Source: an uncultured bacterium (lineage in GTDB: Bacteria > Oederibacteriota > JAAXVQ01 > JAUVAV01). From it: a DNA stretch of 64,000 nucleotides. Shown in pieces: positions 27,594-38,100 of the stretch. The DNA is taken from assembly GCA_963710755.1 (NCBI GenBank), contig CAVQBK010000001.1:304277-368276 (forward strand), read 5' to 3'. The notes beneath the pieces were generated by a model. The model ran no database searches. It was given only the letters and a program-made list of their open reading frames with translations, and had not been told where the DNA came from. The first letter of the stretch is position 1, and each line of letters begins with the position of its first letter. Made by a program: the position numbers and the translations under genes.

Positions 27594-28191
27594 GGCCCCC
27601 TCACCTAGCCTCCCATAGTGCCCGTTTAAGGGTGTCCCCGTGAAGATAGGAAGAGAAGAATTTCTTCTAAAATATTCCTCTCCCCCGATTATCGGGGAGA
27701 CCCTTAAGGCGGACATCTCGGAAGATGAGTGATAGGTCCATTTTTTATTCATTTTAGTTTCTTTCATTTAGTCCCTCTCCCCGGATTGCCGGGGAGACCC
27801 TTAAGGCGGACATCTCGGAAGATGAATGATAGGTCCATTTTTTATTCATTTTAGTTTCTTTCATTTAGTCCCTCTCCCCGGATTGCCGGGGAGACCCTTA
27901 AGGCGGACATCTCGGAAGATGAATGATAGGTCCATTTTTTATTCATTTTAGTTTCTTTCATTTAGTCCCTCTCCCCGGATTGCCGGGGAGACCCTTAAGG
28001 CGGACATCTCGGAAGATGAGTGATAGGTCCATTTTTTATTCATTTTAGTTTCTTTCATTTAGTCCCTCTCCCCGGATTGCCGGGGAGACCCTTAAGGCGG
28101 ACATCTCGGAAGATGAGTGATAGGTCCATTTTATTTTATTTTATTTAGTCCCTCTCCCCGGATTGCCGGGGAGAGGCTAGGTGAGGGGTCC
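27594..28191. repeat. Array of five near-identical 97-bp units of the same hairpin family, bounded by inverted CCCCTCACCTAGCCTC ends
   Basis: GGGGAGACCC recurs at 27694, 27791, 27888, 27985 and 28082; hairpin CTCCCCGGATTGCCGGGGAG; no unique spacers. Confidence 0.92.
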
Positions 28192-28493
28192 AAAAATTAA
28201 TTTCTCTCTTAGTACTTTGGTGCCTTCGCGGTGGATTTTCTTGCATAGGCCCCGCCTCCCTGTACTCACATTTTGAAAAGCTTTATTTAGAGGTAGATTC
28301 ATAGCTGTCCAAGTTACAAAAAAACTAAAAAACGTACCTTTAAAACAAAGACTTTATCCCCAGATGACGTAGATGACACAGCTATTATCTGTAGAATAAA
28401 TACGAAATCATAACTTGAACAACATGGTTTTGAAATCTGCGAAAATCTGCGGATCATTGTTTTTAATTTGGACACATATGAGGTAGATTATTT

Positions 28494-31400
28494 TCAAAAA
28501 CTAATATTACAACTGAGCACCACATCGGTGAGCACACTGTCCGGATCGCGGGTAAGGGTGTGTTCTCCTCTCAGTTGCAGGGCCAGCATTTTAACCACCT
28601 GGGCATTGAGCGTAAGGGTATAGGATTCCTGATGAGTACTCACCTGCCCCCATGATTTGGCCAGTTTGGCTGCAGCTTCGAGATTAAAGGACGCCCAGCG
28701 CATGGTCAGCCCCAGGCCCGGGCTGGCCGTATAAATCACATCTTCCGTCTGCCGCAGGTTGCGGTTGATATCCAACAGCCCGCTGGCATAACTGGACAGC
28801 CATTGGCTCAGTTTATAAGTTACTTTAAGCTCGCCATGGTCACTCCTGGTCAGGAAGGACCCGTAATTATTCAACTGGTCAATAGTCTCAATAGCCTGGG
28901 TGCTGCTGGAAATAGGATAGGCCGTGCGGGTGAGAGCTTCCGGGCTGGAGCCGTATTGTTCCTTGATGGTCACATTGGCTTTGGCATCCAGGCGCCACGC
29001 ATCAGCCGGCGAGGACCGCAAGTCTGCTTCCAGGGCCCTGACCCGGCCATGGCTGGTATCATAAGCACTGTCAGCGGGGTTATAATTGCTCTTTTGGGAT
29101 TCCTCATAGCGCACCCCCACACTGCCTGATAAATGGCTGGACAAAGCCATATTAAGCTTGTACGTGCCCGTGCCTGTCTGCTGTTCACTCTGGAGCTTCA
29201 CCGGCACATCGCTTAAATCCATCATGGTGTTATGATCTTTGCGGGCTTCCAATTCATGGCTGAGTGCGGAGCCCATGGCCCATTTAAGCTGGGCCACATC
29301 CTGCTCGCTTTGATTCACCGGCCGTCCGTCAGCAGCCGTCACGGACCAGCGCCAGTTGGGCATGATGGTCATTACCAAGACCGGCCATGGCCGCAAGTCC
29401 AGTTGGCCGGCTGCGGTTTGAATAGCCACAGCCTGGGACGTGGCCCCGATTAATTGGTCCAACGTCTCCCAGGTGTAATTGCCGGTCAGTTGGGTCTGAT
29501 CAACCGGTGCCAATTTGACTTTACTGTTCAGGGTTCGGGTGGACCCGTAGGCCTCATCCCAGACCCAGCGGTTGTCCACGGACCATTGATAACGGTCACT
29601 GGGTGTCCAGGCGCCGGTCAGCACCAGCGATTGGGTTTGATAGGGTCCTTGGGCGGAGGTGGAATTGGCATCGGGCGCGACCACGGCCACATCATAGAGA
29701 CCGTTCACATTAAGCCAGCTCAGGTTTTTCGATCCCAAAGCCAGCGAGAGTTTGCGTGATTGGGCCCCTGGCCGGTCGGAAAGCTGACCTTCCCTCAGTT
29801 CTGTTTCCGCCTGTAACGTGGCATCCCAAAAGGCTTGGCCATAACCCACGGTGCCGGTATGCCTTCTGGTGGTGTAATCTTTTAGCAGCTCAGGGTCCAC
29901 ATTATGATCGTACAATTGGTAATAAAGATAGGTCAAGCGGGGCCATTGCCTAAAGGCAGCCTCAGCTTTGGCACTGCCCTGGATCGTGGTTTCCCGGTGC
30001 TGATCAAGTACCACATCTTTAAAATCCCAATCGCCGGCCAGGTTCATGGCAGGACCTAATTTCATGTCCACCTGGCCGCCGTATAACAGTTGATCCTGAC
30101 CTTGATCAAGACCGCCGATCATGCGGTACTCAGGCGTGGCGCGCTCGTAATGACCTTTAATCCTGGCCGGTCCGACGGTGGACTCAACCGTGCTTTTGAT
30201 GATTTGGCCCAAATGAATGTCCTCGGGCCCGGCCAGCAAATAGCGGCTGAGCGCCCAATCAAGGGTGGCCTTGCCCCAGGCCGGCGGCGCCCATTGCAAA
30301 GCTGAACTTAGCACCAGGTGACGGTAAGCATTGGGCGTATTGCTTGTGTTGTCCGACGGCTGCCCATGATCATAAGCTGCGGCAGCAGCCACCATCAGGC
30401 TGCTAACAGGCTTGATCCAACCTCTCGCCGCAGCCAGGGTTCCATTTAGTGCGGATTGCTTGCTTTCGTAGAGCACTTCCACTTGGGTCACATCATCAAT
30501 CACCCTGGATAAAAAAGTAATGCTGCCGGAAAAGTAATCCATGCGGTAATCAGTACCCTTGACCATCACTTGTTTGTCCACCCGCACCTGCTCGGAGCCT
30601 TCCACCACCTGGCTGTTTTTCAAATAATAGGGGCCTTGGGTGCGGTTGCCAAAGAAGCGTTCATAATGAGGCGTGCCCCGCCCGGCGCCTGCCAACAGGG
30701 TCAAGCCCCATTGGTCCAGGTTGAGGTCAAGACGGCCCCCGGTTAATTGGCGATTGTCCAGTACCAAGGTGGATTCAGGCAGAGAGGCATTGAAGTCTCC
30801 CACAAAGAGTGTCCCTTTTTCATGAGTGAAGAGCAGGCTGTACTTCTCTTCCAGCGATTGGTCGGACTGGTAAAATTGACCTTTGACCTTGATGCTGTCA
30901 TTGAGTTTTCCATTGATGGTAAGGTCCAGCGACTCCTGCCGGTTATACCCTTCGCTGTAATATTGGCCGCTCCTGTTTCCCTGGCTGTGACGGTAGCGAA
31001 AGGTGATATTTTTCCGTCCCTTGATCTCTAAAGCCGTGGCCTCTGCACTATTAGGCTCTGATTCCTGCATTGGCGTGATCAAGCCCTGCTCTTCAAAATC
31101 AGCAAAAGCCGTTATGCTTGAAGATTGAACTTCTTTTTCAGGGCTGATCAGGACCTTAATGGCCGCCCCTTTTTCTGATTCTTCCCGGATTTTTTGAATG
31201 GCATCAGCATCTTGCACATTTTTCAGGCGTTCGAGCACCTCCGGGCTGGGGATGGTCAGTTTAACGCCCGGATAGATCAAATCAGGGTTTTGGATAAAGT
31301 TATACTTTAACATTTCAGGCCACAGAAAAGGGTCATGCAAGGCCCATTTGGCGATATCCCACAAGGTGTCACCAGGTCTAATGGTATAGCTGTAGAGCAC

Positions 31401-31550
31401 TTTTTCCTCTGTTCTGCCAATCAGCGTAGTACCTTGAGCCTCAAGTAATTCATTAGTGCCTGGTGATGATTTTTCCCATGCAAAACAAGCGGAATAAATG
31501 GTGACACACTTTATGAACACTAAAATAACGAGGATAAAAAGACGCTTCAT
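28494..31550 (-). CDS. LysM-domain large outer-membrane beta-barrel protein, SprA/translocon-like
   Basis: Signal peptide; LysM (YTIRPGDTLWDIA...IQNPDLIYPG); GSEQVRVD..KGTDYRMDYFSGSITF resembles an SprA-type motif; long amphipathic beta region ending in F. Confidence 0.7.
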   Translation of the reverse strand: MKRLFILVILVFIKCVTIYSACFAWEKSSPGTNELLEAQGTTLIGRTEEKVLYSYTIRPGDTLWDIAKWALHDPFLWPEMLKYNFIQNPDLIYPGVKLTIPSPEVLERLKNVQDADAIQKIREESEKGAAIKVLISPEKEVQSSSITAFADFEEQGLITPMQESEPNSAEATALEIKGRKNITFRYRHSQGNRSGQYYSEGYNRQESLDLTINGKLNDSIKVKGQFYQSDQSLEEKYSLLFTHEKGTLFVGDFNASLPESTLVLDNRQLTGGRLDLNLDQWGLTLLAGAGRGTPHYERFFGNRTQGPYYLKNSQVVEGSEQVRVDKQVMVKGTDYRMDYFSGSITFLSRVIDDVTQVEVLYESKQSALNGTLAAARGWIKPVSSLMVAAAAAYDHGQPSDNTSNTPNAYRHLVLSSALQWAPPAWGKATLDWALSRYLLAGPEDIHLGQIIKSTVESTVGPARIKGHYERATPEYRMIGGLDQGQDQLLYGGQVDMKLGPAMNLAGDWDFKDVVLDQHRETTIQGSAKAEAAFRQWPRLTYLYYQLYDHNVDPELLKDYTTRRHTGTVGYGQAFWDATLQAETELREGQLSDRPGAQSRKLSLALGSKNLSWLNVNGLYDVAVVAPDANSTSAQGPYQTQSLVLTGAWTPSDRYQWSVDNRWVWDEAYGSTRTLNSKVKLAPVDQTQLTGNYTWETLDQLIGATSQAVAIQTAAGQLDLRPWPVLVMTIMPNWRWSVTAADGRPVNQSEQDVAQLKWAMGSALSHELEARKDHNTMMDLSDVPVKLQSEQQTGTGTYKLNMALSSHLSGSVGVRYEESQKSNYNPADSAYDTSHGRVRALEADLRSSPADAWRLDAKANVTIKEQYGSSPEALTRTAYPISSSTQAIETIDQLNNYGSFLTRSDHGELKVTYKLSQWLSSYASGLLDINRNLRQTEDVIYTASPGLGLTMRWASFNLEAAAKLAKSWGQVSTHQESYTLTLNAQVVKMLALQLRGEHTLTRDPDSVLTDVVLSCNISF

Positions 31551-31553
31551 GAA

Positions 31554-32498
31554 CTACTTTAAGCCCGTTAACTGTAATTGATAAAGAATAACGCGATGGT
31601 GGCCTGAATCCACAACCGCCATCAGACCTTTAGAATCCACTTTAACATCTGTAGGGGCCTTCATGGCAGGTGCGGAAAGGGTGCGAATCAACTGCCCATT
31701 TTTATGATAAAAGCCAATCTGGTCTTTTCCTTGATCACAAACAATAATAATTTTCTGTTTATACAAGGTTATTCCCGAAGGCATAGCCATCTCTTGTTCA
31801 CTGCCAAATTGGGAAACAAAATCACCTTCCTTGGTCATGATTTGAATGCGATGGTTGCCTTGATCGGAGATAATTAGCTGTCCAAAACCATCATCAGCCA
31901 CATCAACCGGATGGCGCAGGAAGCCTGGACCAAGGCCAAAACTCCCGATATGAATGATTGGTTTATCAAAACTGTCAAAACCGCAGACGCGATCGTTCTG
32001 CGCATCCGCAATCCAGCGTTGATTAAAGTCATCCACCATTATACCCATCGGTATATTGAACTGATTTTTATCATTGCCCAGGCTTCCAAAGCTACTCAGG
32101 TAATCACCGCGCCAATTGAAGCGCTCTATGCGCTGGTTGCCTGTGTCCGTTACCAGAACCGATCCATTGGCCAGCGCAATGCCTGTGGGCTGGTTGAACT
32201 GACCTTTGCCCTGGCCAAAGGTGCCGAACTGGAAGCGGAAGTCACCGTCTTTGCTGAACACCTGCACCCGCTGGTTGCCTGAATCGGTCACATAGATCAA
32301 GCCCTGTTCCCCATCACCCATGGCCACCCCCTGGGGATTAAGAAATTGTCCGGTTAAGGCCCCGGCCCGTCCGAAGATGGTTTTAACCACCGCGGTGATG
32401 GTCACCTGGCTTGGTTCTGATGAAGGCTTGACGTCCGGTAAAGTGCAAGAGGTTAATAAGCCTGAGATTATGATGAGGATCGTTAATGTGTTCTTCAT
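31554..32498 (-). CDS. NHL-repeat beta-propeller lipoprotein
   Basis: Lipobox LLTSC; repeated GQFxxPxGIA...VTDxGNxRI units. Confidence 0.9.
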   Translation of the reverse strand: MKNTLTILIIISGLLTSCTLPDVKPSSEPSQVTITAVVKTIFGRAGALTGQFLNPQGVAMGDGEQGLIYVTDSGNQRVQVFSKDGDFRFQFGTFGQGKGQFNQPTGIALANGSVLVTDTGNQRIERFNWRGDYLSSFGSLGNDKNQFNIPMGIMVDDFNQRWIADAQNDRVCGFDSFDKPIIHIGSFGLGPGFLRHPVDVADDGFGQLIISDQGNHRIQIMTKEGDFVSQFGSEQEMAMPSGITLYKQKIIIVCDQGKDQIGFYHKNGQLIRTLSAPAMKAPTDVKVDSKGLMAVVDSGHHRVILYQLQLTGLK

Positions 32499-32502
32499 GG
32501 CA

Positions 32503-32889
32503 TCACCTTTTTATTGTTGTTCCCGTGGCGCCCAGAGGGTATCCATAGGAGGCTGGGTGAGGGGTCCCCAAATGTTCTTTAATCCTTACCAGCATCCCTT
32601 CCGGATTTGTCAGCACATCATTATTCCAAAACCGTATGACCTTATAACCTAGTGATTCCAATAACTGAGTTCTTTGACGATCAAACCCGATCTGAAGTGC
32701 ATGTTGTCCACCGTCCAATTCAACCATCAGTTTCTTGTCAGCACAATAGAAGTCCACTATATAATTTCCGATGCAATGCTGCCGGCGGAATTTGCAGCCA
32801 ATTACTTGCCGGTCTCTTAATCGCTCCCAAAGCATTTTTTCAGTTTCAGTCATGTTCTGGCGAAGATGCTTGGAATGATTGTTATTCAT
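32503..32889 (-). CDS. DUF559 (Vsr-like) endonuclease, copy 1
   Basis: LRQNMTETEKMLW, FRRQH.IG.YIVDFYC, VELDGGQH, GYKVIRFWNN; C-terminus reads into a hairpin repeat (GTPHP). Confidence 0.93.
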   Translation of the reverse strand: MNNNHSKHLRQNMTETEKMLWERLRDRQVIGCKFRRQHCIGNYIVDFYCADKKLMVELDGGQHALQIGFDRQRTQLLESLGYKVIRFWNNDVLTNPEGMLVRIKEHLGTPHPASYGYPLGATGTTIKR

Positions 32890-32893
32890 TAAA

Positions 32894-33025
32894 GGTCCCC
32901 TCACCTAACCTCTCCCCGGCAATCCGGGGAGAGGAATAAATTATTATGGATAAATTATTTGAGATAAAAATTAAATAAAATCTCCTCTCCCTGATCCAGG
33001 GAGAGGATGAAGGTGAGGGATCCCT
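32894..33025. repeat. 132-bp hairpin doublet (REPIN-like); identical copies at 34198..34329 and 34907..35038
   Basis: GGTCCCCTCACCTAACCTCTCCCCGGCAATCCGGGGAGAGG, AT-rich spacer, CCTCTCCCTGATCCAGGGAGAGGATGAAGGTGAGGGATCCCT. Confidence 0.92.
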
Positions 33026-33033
33026 TTATATCC

Positions 33034-33933
33034 CTAAAACCCCAACCCCACGGTCACCCGGTTGGCTGTATCCAAAGACGCCTGGGTATCCGCCCCATAA
33101 TCAAGACTGACCTGATTCCAACTCAACCCCACCCCCACCGTCAGCGCGTCCCCACTCCATCCCATGCGGATGGTAAGGGGTTTAAGTCCATAGTAAGCCA
33201 GGCCAACCTGGCCTTGGCCAAAGGACGCGTCCTCCACGGTCTGGCTTTGCGTTAAATAAATCATGGTTCGCATCTCAGCCCAGTCATAACTCGCGCCGAC
33301 GTTGACCAGCGCTTTACCCAGATTTTCCCGGTAGGGGTTGTGCCAAGCCAGCCATTGCCGGTTGAGATGAAGCAAGACAACAGCCAAATGCCATCGCGGT
33401 GTCAAACCGGCGATCATGCCCACATTGGCATCCACACCCCAGGCATAATCCTCACCCACCTTGAGATGAAAAACCTGGCCTTTGAGCCCCACCATAAGAT
33501 GATCGGAAAGCATGAGGCCATAGCCAAGGTTAAAGCCGGAATCAATGCGGAGTTCATAAGCCCTTTCAAAAGCTTGTTCATTGGTGGTGGGATCAATGAT
33601 GGGAACACCGCGACTGTCAAACAGCAGGCGTTCATAGGGTTCATTTTGGATGATTAATTGATCAAGCCCCAGGCCAAAAAGGCCCAGAGGGGTATGGAAG
33701 GCCGCCGTAAGCTGGTAGCCATAACGGTCATAACCGAGCCTTGCCTGGCTCAGTTCCAGACGGGTTTGGGAACCAGCCTCCAAACCGGCGGGATTGAGGG
33801 ACCACGAGCCGTCCGTGAGATCAGCAGTGCCCAAGGCTACGTCCCGCGCGTTGAGATCGAATTGTTGGATATTCTCGGCAGCGCCTAATAAGGGCAGGAG
33901 GATGATCAGCGTTATAAGGAAAGGTTTATTCAT
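33034..33933 (-). CDS. PorV/PorQ-like (UPF0164) outer-membrane beta-barrel
   Basis: Signal peptide; ARDVALG...NPAGL N-terminal motif; IRMGW...GVGL...LDYG...RVTVGLGF C-terminus. Confidence 0.75.
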   Translation of the reverse strand: MNKPFLITLIILLPLLGAAENIQQFDLNARDVALGTADLTDGSWSLNPAGLEAGSQTRLELSQARLGYDRYGYQLTAAFHTPLGLFGLGLDQLIIQNEPYERLLFDSRGVPIIDPTTNEQAFERAYELRIDSGFNLGYGLMLSDHLMVGLKGQVFHLKVGEDYAWGVDANVGMIAGLTPRWHLAVVLLHLNRQWLAWHNPYRENLGKALVNVGASYDWAEMRTMIYLTQSQTVEDASFGQGQVGLAYYGLKPLTIRMGWSGDALTVGVGLSWNQVSLDYGADTQASLDTANRVTVGLGF

Positions 33934-33943
33934 TTAAATTAGT

Positions 33944-35038
33944 GGACCCCTCACCCAGCCTCTCCCCATATAACTGGGGAGAGGGGATATTATTCGTTTT
34001 AAATCTTTTCACTCCTCTCCCCACCACCTCAAGCAGAGGAATTAAGTATTCTCATTCACTCAGTTTGCAGTCCAAATGTCCCTCTCCTCATATTGAGACG
34101 GTGTCTCAACGCTTATTAATCCCTTCTCCCCTCAGATGAGGGGAGAAGGTGCAGGATGAGGGGTTACAATAGTGTTTGTATTAAAGCCTTTTTATTAGGT
34201 CCCCTCACCTAACCTCTCCCCGGCAATCCGGGGAGAGGAATAAATTATTATGGATAAATTATTTGAGATAAAAATTAAATAAAATCTCCTCTCCCTGATC
34301 CAGGGAGAGGATGAAGGTGAGGGATCCCTAAATGTTCCCTAATCTTTAACAGTACCCCTTCCAAATTTGCCAACACCTCATTATTCCAAAACCGTATAAC
34401 CTTATAACCTTGCAATTCCAGATATTTCGTCCTTTGATTATCATACCCGGTCTGACTCGCATGCTGACCGCCGTCCAATTCTATAATCAGGTTTTTGTCA
34501 GCACAATAGAAGTCCACCACATAATTTCCGATGCAATGCTGCCGCCGAAACTTACAGCCAATTACTTGTCTGTCTCTTAACCGATACCAAAGCACCTTTT
34601 CAGTATCAGTCATGTTCTGGCGAAGGTGTTTGGAATGATTGTTATTCATTAAAGGTCCCCTCACCTAACCTCTCCCCATATAACTGGGGAGAGGGGATAT
34701 TATTCGTTTTAATCTTTTCACTCCTCTCCCCACCACCTCAGGCAGAGGAATTAAGTATTCTCATTCACTCAGTTTGCAGTCCAAATGTCCCTCTCCTCAT
34801 ATTGAGACGGTGTCGCAACGCTTATTAATCCCTTCTCCCCTCAGATGAGGGGAGAAGGTGCAGGATGAGGGGTTACAATAGTGTTTGTATTAAAGCCTTT
34901 TTATTAGGTCCCCTCACCTAACCTCTCCCCGGCAATCCGGGGAGAGGAATAAATTATTATGGATAAATTATTTGAGATAAAAATTAAATAAAATCTCCTC
35001 TCCCTGATCCAGGGAGAGGATGAAGGTGAGGGATCCCT
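33944..35038. repeat. About 385-bp direct repeats (33944..34329 and 34654..35038) built of hairpin units and flanking DUF559 copy 2
   Basis: Two blocks differing at only a few positions, each ending in the 132-bp doublet. Confidence 0.92.
34275..34649 (-). CDS. DUF559 (Vsr-like) endonuclease, copy 2
   Basis: Paralog of 32503..32889; the C-terminal PHLHPLPGSGRG is encoded by the hairpin repeat. Confidence 0.93.
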   Translation of the reverse strand: MNNNHSKHLRQNMTDTEKVLWYRLRDRQVIGCKFRRQHCIGNYVVDFYCADKNLIIELDGGQHASQTGYDNQRTKYLELQGYKVIRFWNNEVLANLEGVLLKIREHLGIPHLHPLPGSGRGDFI

Positions 35039-35188
35039 CATTATTTTTTTATTTCCCCTTTTTCCCCGGAATAAACCGCCACACTTCCTTGGTAAAGCAA
35101 TCGCCCGGGCAACACTGCTTCCACCCTTGACCGCCTTGACCTGCAGGCTGTGCGGCACGGGGCACCCATCCCATGTACGGTGACATGA

Positions 35189-38100
35189 TTATTCAGATTC
35201 AGGCGCTTCCGTGCCCTGCCATGTGGCCGTGTTGACACCCGCATGACCGCTGATCCCGGTCAAATGGTAAACCACCATGCCATTGTTATCCATAATGGTC
35301 AGCTCCACCGTGGCCGCCTGGGTCAGCTCATAGGTGATGACCGCCGTGCTGGTGGCATCATCCTTGAAAGGATCAGGGTTAATGGCCAGGCTGATGATTT
35401 TCAAGTCCGGTGTGGCCGTGGGTTGAGGCGTGCTGGTGGCTGTTGGTTGCGGCGTGGCCGTGGACTCTGGCGTGGCCGTGGCTTTGGGTTTGGGCTGATG
35501 GCGGTGGTCACCTTTCTCCAATAAGGTCAGGTTGACCTGGCGAACGCTGCTCTGGCCGTCATCATGGGCAATGGCTTTGATGACGTAATCCCCGGGATTG
35601 ACCAGTTGGCCGTATTGATTACGCAGATTCCAGGTCTGGCTCTGAATCAGACCCGTGCTCTGCACATAAGTCACGCCAAAATCGCGAATACGGTCGCCCT
35701 CGCGGCTCAGCACCAAAAGCTGCACATAGGCCGCCCTGGTGACCATGTATTGAATCAGCGTACTGTGACCTTCCTCCGCCGTAAGTAGCGACGGCTGGGC
35801 GGTCAGGCCCAGGATCTCCAGCTCAGCCGCCGGGGTGGCCGTGGGCCTCGGGGTCAGCACCTCGCCGGAAGCCTTGGCATATTGGAATTTCTCAATCCGT
35901 TGATTACCCTGATCCGCCACATAGACCACGATGTCTTGGGCATTAATGGCGCCCTGGCCGGTTGACCCCTGGGGCTTGACATCACTCACGCCTTTAAAGG
36001 CCAGACCCTGGGGCCGGTCAAACTCACCCTGGCCGGCGCCAAAACTGCCCAGGCCGGCAATCAGGTTGCCATAAGGCCCGAAGACCTGAATCCTGTGCCG
36101 TGACTGCTCACTGATCCAGAAATTACCGAGCGGCCCGGCCGTAATATGGGCGGGTTTGAAGTCATGGTGGCTGCCGCGGTAGCTGTAGAGCTTATGGCCC
36201 TTCATGTCAATTTTATCCACTTTATGCGCCAGGCTTTGGACCAAATCAAGGAAGGCCGTGGTCTGGTCTTGGACCGTGATCTCCCCGGCTGCCAGGTCCA
36301 CATAACCGTTGCCCTGGGGATGACCGATCAGTTGCGGTTGATCATGGTCATCGAGGCGGTAGATCACGCCCTGTTCATCAAGCACATAAATCCGGCCGTC
36401 CGGGCCGGTGGTCACGCTTACTGGTGCCCAATCAAAGGCCTTGCCCAGCTGGCCTTGCAGCATGAGCTTGGTTTTGGCTTTGAAGCCCGGGCCGTCAATA
36501 GTGGCGAGCCATCGGCCGTCCAGGTCAAAGAGCTGCAGTCTGCGGTTGTCCTTGTCCACCACCACCAGACGGTTTTGGCTGTCAATGGTCAGATGGGTAG
36601 GCTCTTGGAATTCCCCTTCCCGCTTACCGTGTTCGCCAAAGTTAAAGAGATAATGATCAAGATTGCTGTATTTGTTAATCCGGTTGGCCTGCTTGTCGCT
36701 TACAAAGAGGCTGCCGTATTGATCAATGGCCGCATCAAAAGGCGCCTGCAAGGCCTCGGGCTGGCCGCTGTTATTGAGCTCGCCCACATAAGTCCACTGG
36801 CCCTTGGTCACGGTCAGTTGGTGCTTGGCCTGGTGGCCATCCTTGTAAACCACGGTCAGCATAAGCTCCACCGGGCCGTCAGGGCAAGACCGGCTATCCC
36901 AGACCCCGATGAGACCAACATCGTGAGCCAGATGGTGGCCTTGGTTGATGATAATCGCGTCCGTAGATCCCACCGGCCGGTAAGCCACGGTATAGGATTT
37001 CACTTTCTGCCGATGGTTTTCGCTGAGCAACCCTATGATGTGCACATAGCCATTGACTAAACTGCCCTGGCAAGGCGACAGAATGGCGCATTGCCCGTGA
37101 TCTTCATTGGTTTCAGTGGCTGTAGGCGTGGCGGTCCAGGTGGGGCTTGGCTTCACCACGGCCGCGGCGCCAACTAGATGGTCTACAACAAAACTTCCGT
37201 ATGAAATATCGAAAGAACCATCCAGATAATATACCGTGAGCCAAAGATTACAATGCATTTGGTTTTGCAGTGACGAAATGTCCAAAGATCCCAAAATATT
37301 ATTATCCACTTGCATAGAAGATGACCTAATATTAATGGGATTAGACTCATTACTGGTTGCATAAGACAAAGTATAGTAGTCAAATTGCTTGCCATTACCG
37401 TCCAGGGCATTTCCAAGAATATCCAGCATCGATCCACTGACATGGTCGCCAAGCGGGTAAGTGATTTTCGAATTGGTCATTAATGAAGCAACAGGCAAGG
37501 GATCGCCCATGACCAGATTATCAATGTAGAAATCCCCTGATCCAACCTGGCCTGGTTGAGGAAAAATCAACACTTCTGCGATACGCGCGGGATCGCAATT
37601 GCCCCAATTGATGGAACTATAATCCCAACTCAGGGGTTGCCAATCCACGAGGCTGTTGGCCTGGAGATCCATTTCTCCTGATTCATTTCCATTAATGTCT
37701 TTAAATTTGAATTTCAGGGTAATTTCGCCCAGCACTTGAAGGGATAATTTATTCCTTAATGTAAAATTGGTATTGTCACCCTGGGATTCAGAAAGCACGG
37801 CTGATATGTAGCTCCATTCATTACCAGCAGTTTTATTGAAGGTCACATGCAATGCGGTCGATGCATTACCGCTTATATCATCTTTCATACTTAACATATA
37901 AATATCCTGACCACCTGCGAACCAATAAGCATCTGCAACGCCATCCTGATCTTCTTTGCTGTGGTCATTATCAAACTGATCAATAATTAGGGGTACTGCT
38001 GCGGTGGGCGTGGCAGTCGGTGTCATGGTTCTTGTATGAGTTGAAGTGGGCGTGGCCGAGGGGCTTGGAGAGGGTGTCATAGTGCTTGTTGGTGAGGCGG

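Noticed and set aside
27594-28191. CRISPR array (also considered for 25144..25672 and 59891..60369)
   Set aside because: Whole units are near-identical with no unique spacers, and there are no cas genes in the window
27537-35158. Small ORFs 27537..27767, 33942..34139 and most of 34904..35158
   Set aside because: They are translations of hairpin repeats (PSPxLSP-type peptides), not independent genes
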